From the NCBI RefSeq assembly GCF_001458695.1, contig NZ_LN885086.1, positions 3,120,001 to 3,152,000 of the forward strand: a DNA stretch of 32,000 bases. The letters run 5' to 3'. This stretch comes from Candidatus Nitrospira inopinata (GTDB lineage Bacteria > Nitrospirota > Nitrospiria > Nitrospirales > Nitrospiraceae). Every line of letters begins with the position of its first letter. Positions within the stretch are counted from its first letter, which is position 1. Of the stretch, positions 27,831-32,000 are shown one piece after another. The notes beneath the pieces are model-generated. The model saw nothing but the letters and a program-made list of their open reading frames with translations. It ran no database searches and was not told the origin of the DNA. The translations under genes were made by a program, and so were the position numbers.

Positions 27831-28310
27831 ATGCACGAGAACAACCGGCGACTGGCGACTCTCTTTCGATCAATGGCTGAACTGCTCTCGGCTCAACGAG
27901 CGAACCCCTACCGCGTTCGGGCCTATCAACGGGCGGCGGAGGCCTTGCTGGCTCTCGAAGAAGACGTCGCCGCCGTTGCAAACCGGCGGCAGTTGGAAGA
28001 CATCGAGGGGATCGGCAAAGACCTGGCCAAGAAAATCGTGGAATTTCTTGAGAGTGGAACGATCCGCGCCTATGAAGAGCTTAAAACCCCCTTGCCGCCG
28101 GAAGTAAAAGCCTGGGTCTCTCTGCCGGGGTTTTCAGATTCCCTTGTGACGTACCTGTACTTTCGCCTTGGTATTCGAACCCTTCCGGACTTGGAGCAAC
28201 TGATCCGCTCCCATCTGCTTCGCACGGTGCCGGGATTTTCAGGGTCCGAGCAGGAATTGCTCGATGCCGTTCGGCGGCTCATGGCACGAATGGACCGGCC
28301 TACTAATTAG
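27831..28310 (+). CDS. Helix-hairpin-helix protein equivalent to the N-terminal (8-kDa plus fingers) part of family X DNA polymerases
   Basis: NRRLATLFRSMAELLSAQRANPYRVRAYQRAAEAL....L.DIEGIGKDLAKKIVEFLESGTI.AYEELK...P followed by a second HhH (LPGFS...). It stops at 159 aa with no palm (DxD) or PHP domain. The track ORF from 27420 adds a spurious N-terminus. Confidence 0.7.
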   Translation: MHENNRRLATLFRSMAELLSAQRANPYRVRAYQRAAEALLALEEDVAAVANRRQLEDIEGIGKDLAKKIVEFLESGTIRAYEELKTPLPPEVKAWVSLPGFSDSLVTYLYFRLGIRTLPDLEQLIRSHLLRTVPGFSGSEQELLDAVRRLMARMDRPTN

Positions 28311-28377
28311 ACCGGCTTGCAACGATTCACCGGCCTCGCGCTGGAGCCTTGAACACGAGGGTATTCTTTTACTCGAC

Positions 28378-28414
28378 CAAACGTCGCTCGCCCCAACGTC
28401 TCCCGAGCGTCGTT
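28378..28414. terminator. Hairpin between convergent genes (possible bidirectional terminator)
   Basis: aaacgtcgctcg / cgagcgtcgttt form a 12-bp stem with one mismatch and a 13-nt loop. Only short T runs flank it. Confidence 0.3.
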
Positions 28415-28443
28415 TGCGTCGTCCCGCCACGATAAAGAGACGT

Positions 28444-29433
28444 CTACGGGCTTGAGGGAACAGCCTCGCAGGAAACCGCTTCTGGAGAACGCGGCGTCTG
28501 GCGCCGATAAGGAGACGATTCGACGTCACGCGGGGAGGAAGCAACGGCGGGACCTTCGGCCAACAATCGCTCAAGAACCGCGGAGACGGCCAACAACCCC
28601 TTGGCGGCGGGAGACTCGGGAACAGCTTCGATGACGGGCATGAATTTTTGAACCGCCCGTCCCACCGCCGGATCCTCGGGAATCTCTCCAAGCAATACGA
28701 TGTCGCCGCCGACGTAGTCTCGAAGAACTTTGCGGAGATACAGCACGTTGACGTGGGAGCGACCGGAGACGCGATTGACGATCAATCCGGGTCGAAACGC
28801 TCGCAAGGCCGAGGCCGCCACGTCTCGTCCCTCCGGGTCGGTCGCTCCCGCAACGTCCATGACTTCCTCCACGCTGGAAAAGTCGCGGTTGGACAGAGCC
28901 TCGGACAGGGGACTGCGGGCAAGAAAACAGGCCAGCACTCGTCGGATCGCCGCCAATTTGATGAATCGGTACAGATCCAGCACCGACGTCGGCTCCGGCG
29001 TAGCGACCGCGAGATGAACATCGGCCATCAGAAAGAAATCCAGTGAATGATAGTTGGTGCCGGCTCCGACATCGATGACGACCACGTCTGCGTTGAGACC
29101 TTGAAATTGGCTCATCAACCGTTTCTTGCGGGCATAGGCCATGTTGGCCGTCGCCAAGGTATCGCCTGTTCCCGCAATGAGGCGGAGATTCGGATGAAAC
29201 GTGATCGGGACGGCCGCGTCGCCCAAGTGGTGAACCCGTTTGTTTAAAAAATCCGTGAGAGTGACCGGCGGTTTCAGCTCTCCAAGCAAGATATGGGCAT
29301 CGGCTCCTCCCACGTCGAGATCAGCCAGCAGAACCTGTCGACCAGCCTTTGCAAGCGCCAGCGCCAGGTTGGTCGAGACGACGCTCTTGCCCACACCGCC
29401 TTTCCCTGATGCCACGGAAATAAGAGTCGCCAT
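28444..29433 (-). CDS. MinD/ParA-family P-loop ATPase with a Pro/Ser-rich C-terminal tail
   Basis: MATLISVASGKGGVGKSVVSTNLALALA (deviant Walker A) and LLADLDVGGA. The start is taken at ATG 29433. Confidence 0.85.
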   Translation of the reverse strand: MATLISVASGKGGVGKSVVSTNLALALAKAGRQVLLADLDVGGADAHILLGELKPPVTLTDFLNKRVHHLGDAAVPITFHPNLRLIAGTGDTLATANMAYARKKRLMSQFQGLNADVVVIDVGAGTNYHSLDFFLMADVHLAVATPEPTSVLDLYRFIKLAAIRRVLACFLARSPLSEALSNRDFSSVEEVMDVAGATDPEGRDVAASALRAFRPGLIVNRVSGRSHVNVLYLRKVLRDYVGGDIVLLGEIPEDPAVGRAVQKFMPVIEAVPESPAAKGLLAVSAVLERLLAEGPAVASSPRDVESSPYRRQTPRSPEAVSCEAVPSSP

Positions 29434-29659
29434 GATACCCGTCGGTTTCCCGTGTTGGAGAGGGATCCGTTTTCGCCGGAGAAGAACGCCGACCGGCATG
29501 CAAAAGCCGTCGACGACCCCATTGTATCGGTTGGTGAAAAATTGAAAAGGAAAATACGGGATTCAGGAGACCCGGCCCGATTTCCTCCAAGAAAAACCCT
29601 GGGAAAGTCGGGATTGAACAGGCGGGTTTTTCGTAACCATTGACGCGGAGACGCCACGA

Positions 29660-29690
29660 AACGCCTGGCCGAACGGATCGACCAGGCGTT
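29660..29690 (-). terminator. Hairpin downstream of ctpA (possible terminator)
   Basis: Perfect 9-bp stem AACGCCTGG/CCAGGCGTT with a 13-nt loop, followed on the minus strand by only TTT. Confidence 0.45.
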
Positions 29691-29734
29691 CGATTTCTCT
29701 CGAGCGAAAATTCAGAAAGCGGATTCGCGCAAGC

Positions 29735-31114
29735 TTAAGAGGGCTTGAGCTCCTTGAAGATCTTCCAGGTTTTGAGCAGCTCCACGGCCTTTTGCAATTG
29801 GACGTCTTCCTCGATCGAAAGATCGGTCCCCGCCTCCGCCGTTGCGACCGGAGGAGTCGTCCCGGTTTTGGCGCCGACCTCGTCCGACGACTTCCCGACA
29901 GGAGACGCCTGATCCTTTCCCGCACCAGCAGGAGACTTTCCGCCCTTCCCCTCGGAATCTTTCTCGCCCGCTTGACTTTGGTTCTCGGTCGCCTTGGCAA
30001 CGACGGGCTGCGGCGCCTTCACCACGATGTCCGGCGTAATCCCCGTCGATTGAATGGTCCGTCCCTTCGGCGTGTAATACTTGGCCGTCGTCAGACGCAG
30101 TCCCGACCCGTCGCCGAGCGCCAGAATGGTCTGGACCGATCCCTTGCCGAACGAGGTGGTTCCGACGACGACGGCCCGTCCCCAATCTTGAAGGGCGCCG
30201 GCCACGATCTCCGAGGCGCTGGCCGATCCTTCGTTGACCAACACGATGAGAGGAAGATTGTCCAGATGATCTTTGGCCTTGGCGAACCATTCGTCTTTCT
30301 TCCCGTCGCGGCTCTTGGTGTAGACGATCAGTTTCCCGCTCGGCAGAAACTGCTCGGAGACGTCGACCGCGGCGGTCAACAGTCCGCCGGGATTGTTCCG
30401 TAAATCGATGATGACGCCTTGGACCTTCTGCTCTTTGAATTGTTTGATGGCCTTGGCCAAATCCTTGCCCGTCGATTCTTGGAATTGCGTCAGCCGCACG
30501 TATCCCAAATTGTTTTCAATGACCTTCGACTTGACGCTTTCGATCTTGATCGTGTCCCTGACCAACGTAAACACGAGGGGTTCGGGCGTGCCCTCCCGCT
30601 GAACCGTCAAACTTACCTTGCTCCCTTTCGGTCCCCGCATCTTTTGGACCGCGTCCATCAAGGAAAGATCTTTCGTCGTTTCATCATTGACCTTGACGAT
30701 GAAATCACCGGCCTTGATCCCCGCCCGATGCGCCGGAGTTCCTTCAATGGGCGCGATCACGGCCAAACGATTGTCTTTCACGCCGATCTGGATCCCCACC
30801 CCTCCGAATTCTCCCTTGGTCTCAACCTGCATCTCCTTATACATCTCGGGAGTCATATAGGCGGAATGCGGGTCGAGCGTCGCGAGCATGCCGCGAATGG
30901 CGCCTTGAATCAATTCTTTCGGCTTCGTCTCGTCCACATAATGTCGCTGAATTTGATTCAGCACTTCGGAAAACGTCTTGAGCTCTTCGTAGGTCTCACT
31001 GGCGTAGCCGGTCCGCTCCCACCCTTTGCCGATCAGAATCCCGCCGAGAAGCGCGATGGCGATCATCGGCCACACCACCCAAGACCTTCGCCGCGGTTGC
31101 TGTTCCATCATCAT
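29735..31114 (-). CDS. ctpA: Carboxy-terminal processing protease (S41, PDZ-containing)
   Basis: N-terminal TM segment, PDZ domain (GGVGIQIG...IAPIEGTPA..AGIK.GD.I..V), S41 core (IIDLRNNPGGLL, VLVNEGSASASEI, GTTSFGKGSVQ), and a low-complexity C-terminal tail. Confidence 0.93.
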   Translation of the reverse strand: MMMEQQPRRRSWVVWPMIAIALLGGILIGKGWERTGYASETYEELKTFSEVLNQIQRHYVDETKPKELIQGAIRGMLATLDPHSAYMTPEMYKEMQVETKGEFGGVGIQIGVKDNRLAVIAPIEGTPAHRAGIKAGDFIVKVNDETTKDLSLMDAVQKMRGPKGSKVSLTVQREGTPEPLVFTLVRDTIKIESVKSKVIENNLGYVRLTQFQESTGKDLAKAIKQFKEQKVQGVIIDLRNNPGGLLTAAVDVSEQFLPSGKLIVYTKSRDGKKDEWFAKAKDHLDNLPLIVLVNEGSASASEIVAGALQDWGRAVVVGTTSFGKGSVQTILALGDGSGLRLTTAKYYTPKGRTIQSTGITPDIVVKAPQPVVAKATENQSQAGEKDSEGKGGKSPAGAGKDQASPVGKSSDEVGAKTGTTPPVATAEAGTDLSIEEDVQLQKAVELLKTWKIFKELKPS

Positions 31115-31165
31115 CCCATCCCTTCATTCATCCATCGAACATTCGGCCCGCGCTTCGCGCGGGAA

Positions 31166-32000
31166 TCAACGCCTCGCCAGCCACTGAAGCGGGTCCACCG
31201 GCTCGGTTCCCTGACGCAGTTCAAAGTACAAAGTGTTTTCCCCGATGACACCCGTGTCTCCCGTTTCCCCAATGGGATGCCCCCCGGCAACCTGCTCTCC
31301 GACTTTCACCAAGACCTTCGATGCATGGGCGTACAAAGAAAAAAATCCGTTGCCATGGTCTAGAATTATAACGAGTCCGTAGCCTTTCAACCAGTCCGCA
31401 TAGACCACCGTCCCCGGCATGACGGCCTGGATCGCGCTGCCGTCTTTCGTCCTGATCTCAATTCCCTTGCGATGCACGTACGTGTCGAACGTCGGGTGTT
31501 TTTGTCGGCCGAAAAAGGAGATCACCTGCCCTTCGACCGGCCATGGCAACGTCCCCTTGCCTATGGAGGGGAGCGCAGGAACGGATGTCGGCGGACGCCT
31601 GGCAAGAGCCTGGCGACGGGCTTCCAATTGACGCAACAATCCGTCCACTCGGGACGCGGATCGTTCAAGCTCTTCCACTACGCGATCGTAAGCCTCTTTT
31701 TCTTGCGTAATTTTAACCAGATACACCTTCTTTTGCTTCTGGAGCGATTGAATGTCCGCCAGCTTTTTCTCGATGCGTTCCTTGAACGTCACCAAGCCGG
31801 CGCGAGCCTCCGCCCGCTGCCGTTCCGCCTGCTCCATCCGCGTCATGTCGGCTTTGAATTCGCCCATCAACTCATAGTCTTTATGAGTCACCGTCGACAA
31901 ATATTGGCGACGACGTTGAAAATCCACATAAGAGTCCGACGCCAGCAGCGCCTTCACGTATCCGAACCGCCCCTCCATATACTGGGCTCGCACACGCGCA
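31166..32000 (-). CDS. EnvC-like coiled-coil M23 peptidase-domain protein, C-terminal part (the start lies beyond the window end)
   Basis: A long coiled coil is followed by LPWPVEG...G.......GIEI....G..I.AV..G.VVYADWLKGYGLVIILDHGNGFFSLYAHAS. The frame is open to the window edge, and 31993 is only an internal GTG. Confidence 0.85.
   Translation of the reverse strand, partial: ARVRAQYMEGRFGYVKALLASDSYVDFQRRRQYLSTVTHKDYELMGEFKADMTRMEQAERQRAEARAGLVTFKERIEKKLADIQSLQKQKKVYLVKITQEKEAYDRVVEELERSASRVDGLLRQLEARRQALARRPPTSVPALPSIGKGTLPWPVEGQVISFFGRQKHPTFDTYVHRKGIEIRTKDGSAIQAVMPGTVVYADWLKGYGLVIILDHGNGFFSLYAHASKVLVKVGEQVAGGHPIGETGDTGVIGENTLYFELRQGTEPVDPLQWLARR

Overview
High-GC (about 60%) bacterial chromosomal window, densely coded and mostly on the minus strand. 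The main feature is a complete Pup-proteasome operon on the minus strand: mpa/arc, dop, prcB, prcA, pafA (19457-25754). It sits among Gram-negative-type envelope genes (lipobox lipoproteins, EnvC/CtpA pair, RTX protein), which suggests a Nitrospirota-like or other non-actinobacterial lineage; that placement is an inference. The operon is so compact that there is no room for a pup/UBact modifier gene at the usual dop-prcB junction. pafA is also coupled by an ATGA overlap to an exported M23 peptidase. Directly upstream lies thiS-thiG-thiE, where the ThiS reading frame runs 35 codons past its Gly-Gly end. Other content: the 5' part of a large RTX calcium-binding repeat protein with 252-bp tandem repeats (missed by the ORF track, which shows only its antisense shadow), a PilZ protein, cytochrome c, queC, a dksA-like gene, apt, an RpoS/RpoD-type sigma factor, acylphosphatase, tRNA-Pro(CGG), alanine dehydrogenase, an exported stand-alone Lon-protease-domain protein, a small Fe-S/zinc-ribbon gene cluster, a squalene/phytoene synthase family gene, htpX and yqeY. 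There are also two tandem paralogous response regulators (one with a Cys-rich tail, one REC-GGDEF), tRNA-Ala(CGC) followed by a decayed gene remnant, a PolX N-terminal-only HhH protein, and an orphan MinD/ParA ATPase. No CRISPR array, rRNA, transposase or integrase was seen. Many long ORFs in the track are antisense or out-of-frame shadows typical of GC-rich DNA.
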